In this document: piece after piece, positions 55,421 through 64,000 of the stretch
How positions within the stretch are numbered: the stretch's first letter is position 1
How the letters are laid out: the number at the start of each line of letters is the position of its first letter
DNA from: an uncultured Candidatus Saccharibacteria bacterium
GTDB lineage: Bacteria; Patescibacteriota; Minisyncoccia; Phycocordibacterales; JAKAEA01
Assembly: GCA_964577595.1 (NCBI GenBank)
Contig: CAZNZK010000001.1
Span: 140,430 to 204,429 of the forward strand
DNA length: 64,000 nt
Direction of reading: 5' to 3'
Program-made: the position numbers and the translations under genes
Notes under the pieces: model-generated
Seen by the model: only the letters and a program-made list of their open reading frames with translations
The model's database searches: none
What the model was told of the DNA's origin: nothing

Positions 55421-55450
55421 GAATGCAAACAGGCGGTGTGCTAAAGTAAC
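55421..55450 (+). promoter_or_regulatory. Putative promoter TTGAAT-17-TAAAGT for the second small ORF
   Basis: Hexamers and spacing read directly. Confidence 0.4.
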
Positions 55451-55485
55451 TACAGGAAAATTGGTCATAAAAAGGAGTGTACAAT

Positions 55486-55725
55486 ATGATCGCACCTCTG
55501 GAAGGTAGTGTGGCGTGTAAGCCACAGCCTAAGAGCAACCCGGCGATTCAAGCCGGAATCCGGCAGGAACGCGACCGGCTCAAGCCGATGCTGGACGGGA
55601 ACGATGCTGTGGTGAAGTACCAAGCGAAATTGGAATTGATTCAACTACAACTTCGATGCACACATCCCAATGCCCAAGGTTTTATCTGTGGCGACTGTAA
55701 TTTCCCCATGAAAGTCGTTGGCTAG
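55486..55725 (+). CDS. Small protein with C-terminal CxH…CxxC metal-binding motif
   Basis: 79 aa from ATG 9 nt after an AAGGAG SD; its translation-initiation region is nearly identical to that of 55132. Confidence 0.45.
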   Translation: MIAPLEGSVACKPQPKSNPAIQAGIRQERDRLKPMLDGNDAVVKYQAKLELIQLQLRCTHPNAQGFICGDCNFPMKVVG

Positions 55726-55766
55726 GGAGAGTAGACGACATCTTCAAAGAGACATGCGCCGAAGGG

Positions 55767-55800
55767 CCCGTTACAGACGTTCTGTGGCGGGTTCTTTTTT
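55767..55800 (+). terminator. Rho-independent terminator (11-bp stem CCCGTTACAGA/TCTGTGGCGGG + T8)
   Basis: Read directly. Confidence 0.6.
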
Positions 55801-55809
55801 ATTTCAACT

Positions 55810-58530
55810 TTATTTCAGGGCTTTTTTAAGATACTGGCCGGTATAGCTTTTGGGGTTGTTGGCCACTTCTTCGGGCGTGCCTTTGGCGACGATTTTACCG
55901 CCACCAACACCGCCTTCGGGGCCGATGTCAATAATATAGTCGGCGGACTTGATGATATCCATATTGTGCTCAATAACGATAACGGTGTTGCCCTTTTCAA
56001 CGAGCTTCTGGAGAATTTCAATGAGTTTGCGAACGTCTTCGTAGTGGAGGCCAATAGTTGGCTCGTCTAAAAGGTAAATGCTTTTCTGGACGTGGGGGCG
56101 GTAGAGCTCGGCAGAAATTTTCACGCGCTGAGCTTCGCCGCCGGAAAGCGTGGTGGCCGACTGACCAAGTTCCAAATAGCCGAGGCCAACGTTATCCAAA
56201 ACCTTGAGGCGATCAGAAATGGCAGGAATTTCATCAAAAAAAGTCAGCGCTTCCTCAACAGTCATTTTCAAAATCTCCGAAATGTTCTTCTTTTTATATT
56301 TAATTTCTAGGGTTTCTTTCATGAAGCGCTTGCCATCACAAATGTCGCAAGGCACATAGACTGTTGGCAGGAAGCTCATTTCTACGGCGACTTCCCCATT
56401 GCCTTGGCAAGCCTCACAACGGCCGCCTTTGACGTTGAAGCTGAAACGGTTGGCCTTCCAGCCCCGGGCGCGAGCTTCCGGCTCGGCGGCAAAAAGGTCG
56501 CGGACGAACGTCCAGGCACCGGTGTAGGTGGCTGGGTTGGAGCGGGGCGTGCGGCCAATGGCGCTTTGGTCAATTAAAACGGCGCGGCCAAGATATTCCG
56601 TGCCCTGGAAGCTTGCGCAGTTGTAGGTTTCCGCGGTGCGATGTTTGCGGTCAAGCCGAGCCTGCAAATTTTTGTAGACGAGCTCATACATAAACGTGGA
56701 CTTGCCGGAACCGGAAACGCCCGTGAGCATAATGAGCTTGCCGAGCGGAATGTCCACGTCCATTTTCTTAATGTTAAAAACATTACCATCGCGAATCATG
56801 ATTTTGCCGGCATTTTCAGTGCGGCGCTCGCTCGGCACTTCAATTTTTTCCTCACCGCGCAAATAAGCCAACGTAAGCGATTTTGAATCATTCTTCTTGG
56901 CAGTCAGAAGCTCATCCAACCAGCCGCTCACCACCACCTTGCCGCCATGCACGCCGGCACCGGGGCCAATATCTACAATATAATCACTGGCAAAAATAGT
57001 GTCCTCGTCGTGCTCAACCACGAGAATAGTGTTGCCGGCATCGCGCAGGTCAAGAAGGGTTTTGATGAGGCGGTCATTGTCGCGCTGATGCAAGCCGATA
57101 GTTGGCTCATCAAGCACATAGAGCGCGCCAACCAAGCCGGAGCCAAGCTGGCTGGCCAGGCGAATACGCTGAGCTTCGCCACCGGAAAGTGTATTGGCCC
57201 GGCGATTAAGCGTTAAATATTGAATACCGACATCTTCCATGAACGTAAGGCGGGCTTCAATCTCACGCAGGAGCACCTTGGCAATGGAGCGCTCCTTCGG
57301 CGTCAATGAAAGCTCCTCAAAGAAATTAGAAGCATCGGCAATGGAAAGTGAGATGAGATCAGCAACATTGAGACCTTCCGGCTCATGGTAATCCTTGGCA
57401 GGCAGAGCATCGGCCGCTTTGCGGTGTGAGCTTTCAACTTTGATTTTTGCGAGCAGAGCAGTATTACCCAAATAAACATGCAAAGCCTCCTCGCGCAGGC
57501 GAGTGCCGGCGCAGACAGGGCATGGGTCATCACTCCAGAAATTCTCGGTGCCAATACCGTTGCAAGCCGGGCAAGCACCGTAGGGTGAATTGAAGGAGAA
57601 TAGACGCGGTTCAATTTCAGGATAACTAAACCCGTCGTAAGGACACATAAATTTACTGGAAATGAGACGCTCGTGGAGCACCTCATTTTTCGCCACAAGC
57701 TGAATGCGCAAAAGACCAGTGGACTCCGTAAGCGCCCGCTCCACCGCCTCACTCAAACGCTCCTGACCGGCCGATTTGGGGTCTGGTCCTAATTCACTCA
57801 CATAGAGCTCATCTACGAGCACGTCAATATCGTGTTTTTTGTTTTTATCCAGAATAATTTGTTCACGGAGCTTTTTTACTTCTCCATCAACCCGCACCCG
57901 CTCGTAGCCTTTGCCAAGAAGATCATAGAGTAGTTGATAATATTCACCTTTGCGGCCAACGACGAGCGGCGCATAGAGTGCCAATTTTGTTTGGTCAATT
58001 GGCACGTCCATTACCTTTTTGTCGGCATTTTTGCCCGAAAATCCCGCCACGGTTTCCAGAATGGTGGCCATGATTTCCTCCTGGGTGAGTCGCTTAATTT
58101 CCCGGCCGCAAATTAAACAGTGCGGCTTGCCGACACGAGCAAAAAGAATACGCAGGTAGTCGTAAATTTCCGTAATAGTGGCCACGTTGGAACGCGGGTT
58201 ATTGGAACGGGATTTCTGGTCAATGGAAATAGCGGGCGAAAGGCCCTGAATTTCGTCCACATCCGGCTTCTGCATTTGGCGCAAAAATTGCCGAGCATAG
58301 GAAGAGAGCGACTCCACGTAGCGACGCTGGCCTTCGGCGAAAATAGTGTCAAAAGCGAGTGACGATTTTCCCGAACCGGAAAGACCTGTGAAAACCACCA
58401 TTTTATCGCGCGGCATCTCTACCGTGATATTTTTCAAATTGTGCGTACGCGCGCCCTTAACGACGATTTTATTTTTATGCTCACCGCCCATGTCGGTGGT
58501 AGTTTTAGAATTTTTTGAAGAAGATTTCAT
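55810..58530 (-). CDS. uvrA: Excinuclease ABC subunit A
   Basis: 906 aa; two ABC ATPase modules (GLSGSGKSS / GVSGSGKST), zinc-finger Cys clusters. Confidence 0.95.
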   Translation of the reverse strand: MKSSSKNSKTTTDMGGEHKNKIVVKGARTHNLKNITVEMPRDKMVVFTGLSGSGKSSLAFDTIFAEGQRRYVESLSSYARQFLRQMQKPDVDEIQGLSPAISIDQKSRSNNPRSNVATITEIYDYLRILFARVGKPHCLICGREIKRLTQEEIMATILETVAGFSGKNADKKVMDVPIDQTKLALYAPLVVGRKGEYYQLLYDLLGKGYERVRVDGEVKKLREQIILDKNKKHDIDVLVDELYVSELGPDPKSAGQERLSEAVERALTESTGLLRIQLVAKNEVLHERLISSKFMCPYDGFSYPEIEPRLFSFNSPYGACPACNGIGTENFWSDDPCPVCAGTRLREEALHVYLGNTALLAKIKVESSHRKAADALPAKDYHEPEGLNVADLISLSIADASNFFEELSLTPKERSIAKVLLREIEARLTFMEDVGIQYLTLNRRANTLSGGEAQRIRLASQLGSGLVGALYVLDEPTIGLHQRDNDRLIKTLLDLRDAGNTILVVEHDEDTIFASDYIVDIGPGAGVHGGKVVVSGWLDELLTAKKNDSKSLTLAYLRGEEKIEVPSERRTENAGKIMIRDGNVFNIKKMDVDIPLGKLIMLTGVSGSGKSTFMYELVYKNLQARLDRKHRTAETYNCASFQGTEYLGRAVLIDQSAIGRTPRSNPATYTGAWTFVRDLFAAEPEARARGWKANRFSFNVKGGRCEACQGNGEVAVEMSFLPTVYVPCDICDGKRFMKETLEIKYKKKNISEILKMTVEEALTFFDEIPAISDRLKVLDNVGLGYLELGQSATTLSGGEAQRVKISAELYRPHVQKSIYLLDEPTIGLHYEDVRKLIEILQKLVEKGNTVIVIEHNMDIIKSADYIIDIGPEGGVGGGKIVAKGTPEEVANNPKSYTGQYLKKALK

Positions 58531-58584
58531 CTTAATTTAATCTATGTTTTTTTGAAAACAGTGTATTATAACACGCTTTTGGCA

Positions 58585-58622
58585 AAGAAAAAACCCCGCA
58601 CCTACTAGGTTAGGTGCGGGGT
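58585..58622 (-). terminator. Rho-independent terminator after csrA (CCCCGCACCTA-ctagg-TTAGGTGCGGGG + U-tract on minus strand)
   Basis: 11-bp stem read directly. Confidence 0.65.
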
Positions 58623-58684
58623 TGGCCAGTCAAACGAAAGAACTATTTACTCACTGCCGATGCGTATAAATTAATGGAGGTTGG

Positions 58685-59194
58685 CTAATTTCTCCATGCC
58701 CATGAAGGCTTATGAACCGGATGCTTCGGGGTGAGCTTGGAAGGGTGGTTGTCACCGTCATTCTGTTGGGGCGGTGATATCACCTGAGGCCCGCGATGAC
58801 CCGCTTGTGGATCTGGCGGCAGATAAGATTCATCTTGGGAAGCCGCTTCTTGGCGCACTTCCGTGATGGCCTGCTTGATTGCCGCACTGGCTTCCGCTGG
58901 CTTGGCTTTGTCCACCTCGATCTGCCTTTTCGGCATCGGCCGAGGCAAGCCTGGCGGAACACTGCTTCTTCCAGCGGGCGTTTGGGGTAACGTGCCCAGG
59001 TCCTGCATTTTCACGCGGGCCGCTTCGCGGTTTTCGCGCTGAATGACGTCGTAGACCTCCTTGCGGTGGACGGGAATGGTTGCCGGAGCGGTGATACCAA
59101 GACGAACCTTGTCGCCTCGGATATCAACGATCGTGATCTCGATGTCATCACCGATCATAATCGTCTCGTCCCGTTGGCGTGACAACACAAGCAT
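58685..59194 (-). CDS. csrA: CsrA-family RNA-binding regulator with about 110-aa Pro/Gln/Ala-rich C-terminal extension
   Basis: Residues 1-60 [54 protein letters not shown] align with canonical CsrA; remainder is low complexity. Confidence 0.8.
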   Translation of the reverse strand: MLVLSRQRDETIMIGDDIEITIVDIRGDKVRLGITAPATIPVHRKEVYDVIQRENREAARVKMQDLGTLPQTPAGRSSVPPGLPRPMPKRQIEVDKAKPAEASAAIKQAITEVRQEAASQDESYLPPDPQAGHRGPQVISPPQQNDGDNHPSKLTPKHPVHKPSWAWRN

Positions 59195-59341
59195 AGGATT
59201 CCTTTCCGGAGCGATAAACGCTCACAAAAGTGAAACTTCCTTGTCCTCTTCACGAGCATCGGCAACACACCGACACTTCCTGTGTAATGAACTGATTTTA
59301 CTTTCAGAAGAATAACACACAAGGCACCCTCGCGCAAGTAG

Positions 59342-61393
59342 CTATTGTATTCGGCGCAAGACCTTGATTTCATCCCGCAACAGGGCCGCCGTTTCAAAAT
59401 CCAATTCTTTAACCGCTTCGGACATTTGCCGCTCCTTTTCCTTGATTAAGGCTTTGGGATTCTTGGCAAACTCTCCCCTATCAATCGTTAAAAGTTCATT
59501 TACGGCCTTTTCGTGCTCGGTGGATATTTGCTCGGTAATATCTTGAATCTTTTTATGGATAGTGGTGGGGGTAATGCCGTGTTTGGTGTTGTAGGCAACC
59601 TGAATGGCGCGGCGACGATTGGTTTCGCCAATGGCCCGCTCCATAGAGCCGGTAATACTATCGGCATAGAGAATGACTTTACCTTCAACGTTGCGGGCGG
59701 CCCGGCCGATAGTTTGAATGAGGGCGGTTTCAGAACGCAAAAACCCTTCCTTATCAGCATCCAAAATGCCAATAAGCTTCACTTCGGGCAAATCCAAACC
59801 TTCACGCAAAAGGTTAACGCCCACAAGAATATCAAACGTCCCCTTGCGGAAGTCGGTCAGAATTTGAATGCGCTCAATAGTTTTAATGTCGCTGTGTAAG
59901 TATTCGGCCTTGATATGGCGTTCCTTCAGAAATTCGCTCAAATCCTCGGCCATTTTTTTGGTGAGGGTCGTGGCAATAACGCGACCGTTATTTTTGATGC
60001 ATTTTTCCGCTTCATCTATGAAGTCACCAACTTGCCCTTTATATCCAGCACCACTTTTAGCACCGCCAACTTTTTTCTGCACTACCGGACGCACCTCAAG
60101 CTCCGGGTCAATGAGGCCAGTGGGGCGAATCACCTGCTCGGCTATTTGGCCGCTGGGCGGCACGCTTTTTTCCTTTTCATAGGCACCCGGCGTAGCAGAC
60201 GTGTAGAGCGTTTGGCCAATTCGATCTTTAAATTCTTCAAAGCGCAGTGGTCGATTATCCTTCGCGCTTGGTAAACGAAAACCGTGCTCCACGAGCGTAT
60301 CCTTGCGCGATCGGTCGCCCGCAAACATGCCGTTTAATTGTGGAACGGTGACATGCGACTCGTCGATAACCGTCAAAAATTCTGCTTCGCCTTTTTTATT
60401 GTGCGGGAAATATGAAAGCAGACTATCGGGTGGATCACCGGCATTCTTGCCAGAAAAATGGCGTGAATAGTTTTCAATGCCGTTGCAATAGCCAATTTCG
60501 GCAATCATGGCCAGGTCGTAATTGGTACGACGCTTCAAACGCTCGTGTTCCAACACTTTGCCGGCATTCTGTAGTTCATCCAGCCTTTCCTTAAGCTCGG
60601 CGCGGATAGTTTTCATAGCCCGCTCCACCTGGGCTTCGTCGGCAATGAAATGCTTGGCCGGAAAAATATAGAAAAGCTGGACGTCGTCTATAATTTCCCG
60701 AGTGATTGCATCTAGGCGGGTAATAGCCGAAATGCTGGGCCCCTCAAATTCCAAGCGGTAAATAGTGGTGTCGCTGACCGGCATAATTTCCAACATATTA
60801 CCAATAGCCCGGAATGTGCCGCTGGTTAAATCCCCCGCCACGCGCTCATAGTGAATATCAATAAATTTACGAATAAGCTCGGCTCGAGTAGCTTTTTGGC
60901 CACGCTCCAAACGCATATTCACTTTTTCGTATTCTACCGGTGAACCCAAGCCGTAAATACAGGAAACCGTGGCCACTACAATCACATCCTTGCGTGTCAA
61001 AAGCGCTTGCGTGGCCGCGTGGCGTAAGCGGTCAATTTCTTCGTTGATTTGTGCCTCCTTCTCTATATAGGTGTCGGTCACCGGCATGTAGGCCTCCGGT
61101 TGGTAAAAATCGTAGTAAGAAACAAAATAGTGCACGGCATTTTCCGGAAAGAATTCACGGTATTCCTGCACAAGCTGGGCGGCCAGAGTTTTATTGTGCG
61201 CGATAACGAGCGTCGGCTTACCAAGCGCGGCAATGACATTGGCCGCGGTGAACGTTTTGCCTGAACCGGTCACACCCAAAAGCGTTTGGTGGTGCATACC
61301 AGCCTTAAAACCAGCAACAAGCTGGTCAATAGCCTTGGGCTGATCGCCCGCCGGCTTGAAGCGTTGAAAAATTTTAAATGGTGAAGCAGTCAT
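59342..61393 (-). CDS. uvrB: Excinuclease ABC subunit B
   Basis: Helicase motifs (GVTGSGKT…), beta-hairpin, C-terminal UVR domain; start at MTASPFK… (ORF track extends 5 codons upstream). Confidence 0.9.
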   Translation of the reverse strand: MTASPFKIFQRFKPAGDQPKAIDQLVAGFKAGMHHQTLLGVTGSGKTFTAANVIAALGKPTLVIAHNKTLAAQLVQEYREFFPENAVHYFVSYYDFYQPEAYMPVTDTYIEKEAQINEEIDRLRHAATQALLTRKDVIVVATVSCIYGLGSPVEYEKVNMRLERGQKATRAELIRKFIDIHYERVAGDLTSGTFRAIGNMLEIMPVSDTTIYRLEFEGPSISAITRLDAITREIIDDVQLFYIFPAKHFIADEAQVERAMKTIRAELKERLDELQNAGKVLEHERLKRRTNYDLAMIAEIGYCNGIENYSRHFSGKNAGDPPDSLLSYFPHNKKGEAEFLTVIDESHVTVPQLNGMFAGDRSRKDTLVEHGFRLPSAKDNRPLRFEEFKDRIGQTLYTSATPGAYEKEKSVPPSGQIAEQVIRPTGLIDPELEVRPVVQKKVGGAKSGAGYKGQVGDFIDEAEKCIKNNGRVIATTLTKKMAEDLSEFLKERHIKAEYLHSDIKTIERIQILTDFRKGTFDILVGVNLLREGLDLPEVKLIGILDADKEGFLRSETALIQTIGRAARNVEGKVILYADSITGSMERAIGETNRRRAIQVAYNTKHGITPTTIHKKIQDITEQISTEHEKAVNELLTIDRGEFAKNPKALIKEKERQMSEAVKELDFETAALLRDEIKVLRRIQ

Positions 61394-61503
61394 GAAATGA
61401 GACGGCAAAATCTCGCCCTTACTATACCTTGCGCTACGATTTTGGCAATAAAAAAGAGATTGAGCCTTTCAGCCCAACCTCGGGAAATGTGCACAAAAAA
61501 ACA

Positions 61504-61950
61504 TCAGCACGAGGGGCACAGCCTGCCCTCAATTAATTTCAACTCCCTTGTTGTTGGCATACCAATACCTTCCACCTCGCGATACCACAAAAACCAACTG
61601 ACCGGCTCGTTGCCCTGCTTCCATTTCCAAGTAAGGCTTAGGGCAACTATGGTCCCACAGGTCCCCGTCTTGATTTCAGCCCCGTTATCAATGAGGCTAA
61701 TGCGGAAACCGCTAAGGTCGGCAAAGCGGCAGTGGTCAAGGATAGCGTGACCGAGCGTAAGCTGAAATATCGCCTCCGCAGAAACGAAGAGAAAGACCCG
61801 TCCTTTCAACAACGAAAGACTGCCGAGCCCGTTGGGTGCCTGAAGCAGGGTAAGCTCGGGATCTTCTGAAACAAGGCGCCGAAACGTTTTGGTTAAATAA
61901 CCCCTTACTAACGCCAAGTTGGGTACTTCTTCCTTGGTTGGTGTTGTCAT
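61504..61950 (-). CDS. Hypothetical protein
   Basis: 148 aa; strong AGGAGG SD 6 nt upstream. Confidence 0.45.
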   Translation of the reverse strand: MTTPTKEEVPNLALVRGYLTKTFRRLVSEDPELTLLQAPNGLGSLSLLKGRVFLFVSAEAIFQLTLGHAILDHCRFADLSGFRISLIDNGAEIKTGTCGTIVALSLTWKWKQGNEPVSWFLWYREVEGIGMPTTRELKLIEGRLCPSC

Positions 61951-62015
61951 AAAGACCTCCTAAAAGAGCCGTGTAAAAACTGCTAAAAGAATACTATAAA
62001 AATAGTTTTTGTCAA

Positions 62016-62042
62016 TAAAAAAGCCGCGTGGAACGCGCGGCA
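62016..62042 (-). terminator. Rho-independent terminator (GCCGCGCG-ttcc-ACGCGGC + U6 on minus strand)
   Basis: Read directly. Confidence 0.6.
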
Positions 62043-62094
62043 GGACTTCACTTCTTATGGTCCAATCAAACGAAACCTCCTTTCAGTAGACGAT

Positions 62095-62445
62095 TTATGC
62101 CGTGCCGCCTTCTTCTCTATTGTCCAGAAGCATTTCCCGCAAGCAGACATTTTCACGGCGGGTGGCCTCCAAGTCAAACATCAGATATTTGACCGAAAGC
62201 CGGAGCCAATCCAACCCCTCTTGAAGCGATTCAACGCTTTGCCGGTTTTTGTGCTCCAGCTTCTTTTTTTCCAGAGCCAGAGCTTCCAGTTTTGCGCGGG
62301 CATCCGGGGAAACTTCCTGAAGCCCGAGCATCAGTGCTTCAAGGTCGTGCAGAGCGGAATGCTCGTCAAACGGTCGATGCATTCTGTCGTCCATGAGTGA
62401 ACTCCTAAAAAGAACAGCCTCCGTACACAAAAACGCTGCTAGCAT
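62095..62445 (-). CDS. Hypothetical coiled-coil protein
   Basis: 116 aa (or about 99 aa from MDDRMHRPF); predicted helical/coiled-coil; no motif. Confidence 0.35.
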   Translation of the reverse strand: MLAAFLCTEAVLFRSSLMDDRMHRPFDEHSALHDLEALMLGLQEVSPDARAKLEALALEKKKLEHKNRQSVESLQEGLDWLRLSVKYLMFDLEATRRENVCLREMLLDNREEGGTA

Positions 62446-62481
62446 GATAGCACTATTTTATATTAAAGTCAAATTTTACGA

Positions 62482-63735
62482 CTATGCCTTATAGGTGGCA
62501 AAAAAGGTCTGTTTATAGGCCTCAAATGTGCCATCTAGAATGGCCTGGCGCATACCAGCAACAAGGTTCACGATGAAATGCACGTTATGAATTGAGGCTA
62601 ATACTCCACCAAGCATTTCCTTAGCGTGAAAAAGGTGGGCTACATAGCTTTTGGTAAAATTCTTGCAGGTATAACAGGTGCAGGCGGCATCCAACGGCGA
62701 AAAGTCCGCCCGAAATGCGGTGTTGTAAAGATGTATTTGCCCATGTCGGGTGTAAACCGTGCCATTACGGCCATTGCGCGTTGGCGCCACACAGTCAAAA
62801 AGATCACAACCGCGCTCCACGGCATTAAAAATGTCCAGTGGGTCGCCAATGCCCAAAAGATGCCGCGGTTTTTCTTCCGGCAAAATTTCATTGACCCACT
62901 GCACGGCCGTCGTCATATCTTCTTTAGCAAAAGAGCCGCCAATCCCGAAGCCGTCAAAATCTAGCGCGCCAATAAACTTTGCGCTTTCTTTACGCAACTC
63001 TTCGTGACGACCACCCTGGACGATACCAAAAAGTGCCTGCGGTAGTGGGGTACCACTTTTCCGTGAAGGAATATCAGAAACCGGTGCCTGACCCCCCTTT
63101 TCGGCCTCCAGTTGCTTGTGACGTTCCAGAGAGCGCTTGGCCCAACGATGAGTGCGATCCAGCGCTTCGCTTTGATAGTGGACTGATTCCGTCGGCGAGG
63201 TGCATTCGTCAAAAGCAAACGTAATATCGGCACCCAAGTTGTGCTGAATTTCAATGGATTTTTCCGGTGTAAAATAGTGGGCAGAACCATCCAGGTGCGA
63301 ACGGAACATGACACCATCGTGATCAATTTTCACCAGCTTGGCTAAGCCATCTTCGGCCGCGCCTTCAGGCAAAATGAGCTCTACTGGGTTTTTCGTAATC
63401 TTACCAATCCCCTTTCCGTAGGCCACGCCGAGCGAAAATACTTGGAAGCCACCAGAATCAGTGATAGTAGGCCCGCTCCAATTCATAAATTTTCCCAAGC
63501 CACCGGCCTGCCGCACGAGCCCATCGCCCGGCTGAAGATATAAGTGGTAGGTATTGGCCAAAACAACCTGCGCGCCGGCTTCGCGCACACTGTCGGGCGT
63601 CAGTCCTTTCATGGTCGCCTTGGTGCCCACCGGTACAAAAGCCGGGGTGAGAATGTCACCGTGTGGCGTGCGCACTACGCCCGCACGGCCCAAACTATTT
63701 CTACCGCCTTTCATTTTTTTAATAATAGTAAACAT
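62482..63735 (-). CDS. tgt: Queuine tRNA-ribosyltransferase (tRNA-guanine transglycosylase)
   Basis: 417 aa; …TPAFVPVGTKATMKG…, DSGGFQ, zinc site CxCxxC…H. Confidence 0.9.
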   Translation of the reverse strand: MFTIIKKMKGGRNSLGRAGVVRTPHGDILTPAFVPVGTKATMKGLTPDSVREAGAQVVLANTYHLYLQPGDGLVRQAGGLGKFMNWSGPTITDSGGFQVFSLGVAYGKGIGKITKNPVELILPEGAAEDGLAKLVKIDHDGVMFRSHLDGSAHYFTPEKSIEIQHNLGADITFAFDECTSPTESVHYQSEALDRTHRWAKRSLERHKQLEAEKGGQAPVSDIPSRKSGTPLPQALFGIVQGGRHEELRKESAKFIGALDFDGFGIGGSFAKEDMTTAVQWVNEILPEEKPRHLLGIGDPLDIFNAVERGCDLFDCVAPTRNGRNGTVYTRHGQIHLYNTAFRADFSPLDAACTCYTCKNFTKSYVAHLFHAKEMLGGVLASIHNVHFIVNLVAGMRQAILDGTFEAYKQTFFATYKA

Positions 63736-63740
63736 AAATC

Positions 63741-64000
63741 TTACTTTTTCCTTCTTTTTTCTGAGATCTTTTTAATCTCGCGGTCAAAATCGGAAATATA
63801 GTTTTTTTCCCTCCCGGCCTTGTATTTTTTATACTCTTTAAGAGCTAACGTTTCCGCCACCTCATGGCTAACTTTACCGGTTTCAGTCAAAATATCCCGT
63901 TCATTAAATTTCAAAAAGGCGTCTAGTTTTTCCACCCAATCTTTCATGCGCATAATTATTCCGCGGCCAGCTTGCATTTCAGCATAATCAAGATACATGG
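63741..64000 (-). CDS. RhuM-family protein, C-terminal portion (may extend beyond window end)
   Basis: …KDWVEKLDAFLKFNERDILTETGKVSHEVAETLALKEYKKYK…SDFDREIKKI matches the conserved C-terminal region of RhuM-like proteins; an upstream stop is not visible within the window. Confidence 0.45.
   Translation of the reverse strand, partial: MYLDYAEMQAGRGIIMRMKDWVEKLDAFLKFNERDILTETGKVSHEVAETLALKEYKKYKAGREKNYISDFDREIKKISEKRRKK

Noticed and set aside
1-64000. rRNA genes, integrases/transposases, CRISPR arrays
   Set aside because: None were detected by eye. There are no long ORF-free GC-balanced stretches typical of rRNA, no DDE or tyrosine-recombinase motifs in any ORF, and no regularly spaced direct repeats.

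Overview
Gene-dense bacterial window of about 48% GC with most genes on the minus strand. Several traits look like a small-genome uncultivated bacterium (CPR/Patescibacteria-like): a truncated AlaRS and UvrC, an archaeal-type AspRS, a cupin-type PGI, a type IV pilin and weak Shine-Dalgarno use. That assignment is inference only.

Confidently called core genes are: a cell-wall cluster (murG partial, ftsW, mraY, a D,D-carboxypeptidase), scpA/scpB and aspS; a LexA-regulated lexA operon with a Cheo-type SOS box; a tRNA-Glu; a chaperone set (grpE, dnaK, and dnaJ preceded by a Bro-N/DinD-like gene); and an rpsI-rplM / rplQ-rpoA-rpsD-rpsK-rpsM-rpmJ-infA ribosomal block. Also present are alaS, pepF, a family-4 UDG, mnmA, mltG, leuS, a cupin-type pgi, a short glgP, ychF, ddl, uvrC, uvrA, csrA, uvrB and tgt. 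A tRNA-Pro/tRNA-Ala/tRNA-Ala cluster contains a MazG-like gene.

Accessory or unusual content:
- A GC-shifted island at about 11.2-15.4 kb. It carries a cobalamin-domain radical-SAM protein with a non-canonical CX8CX2C cluster and a signal-peptide-like N-terminus, a putative nucleotidyltransferase-fold protein, and a very GC-rich arginine-rich mini-ORF. AT-rich orphan genes flank it.
- A NUDIX-like domain of about 160 aa inserted into the CP1/editing region of LeuRS.
- An irregular tRNA-Met-like element immediately 3' of leuS.
- A 40-nt conserved hairpin element repeated at the 3' ends of dnaJ and alaS.
- GGTACC-centred inverted repeats bracketing a 200-bp AT-rich spacer between the two tRNA-Ala genes.
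- A RhuM-Fic fusion protein and a second RhuM-like fragment at the window edge.
- A CsrA with a 110-aa low-complexity tail inside the uvrA-uvrB region.
- An actin-fold ATPase plus a single-pass membrane protein sitting where secY/adk/map would normally follow infA.

No rRNA, CRISPR array, integrase or transposase was detected.
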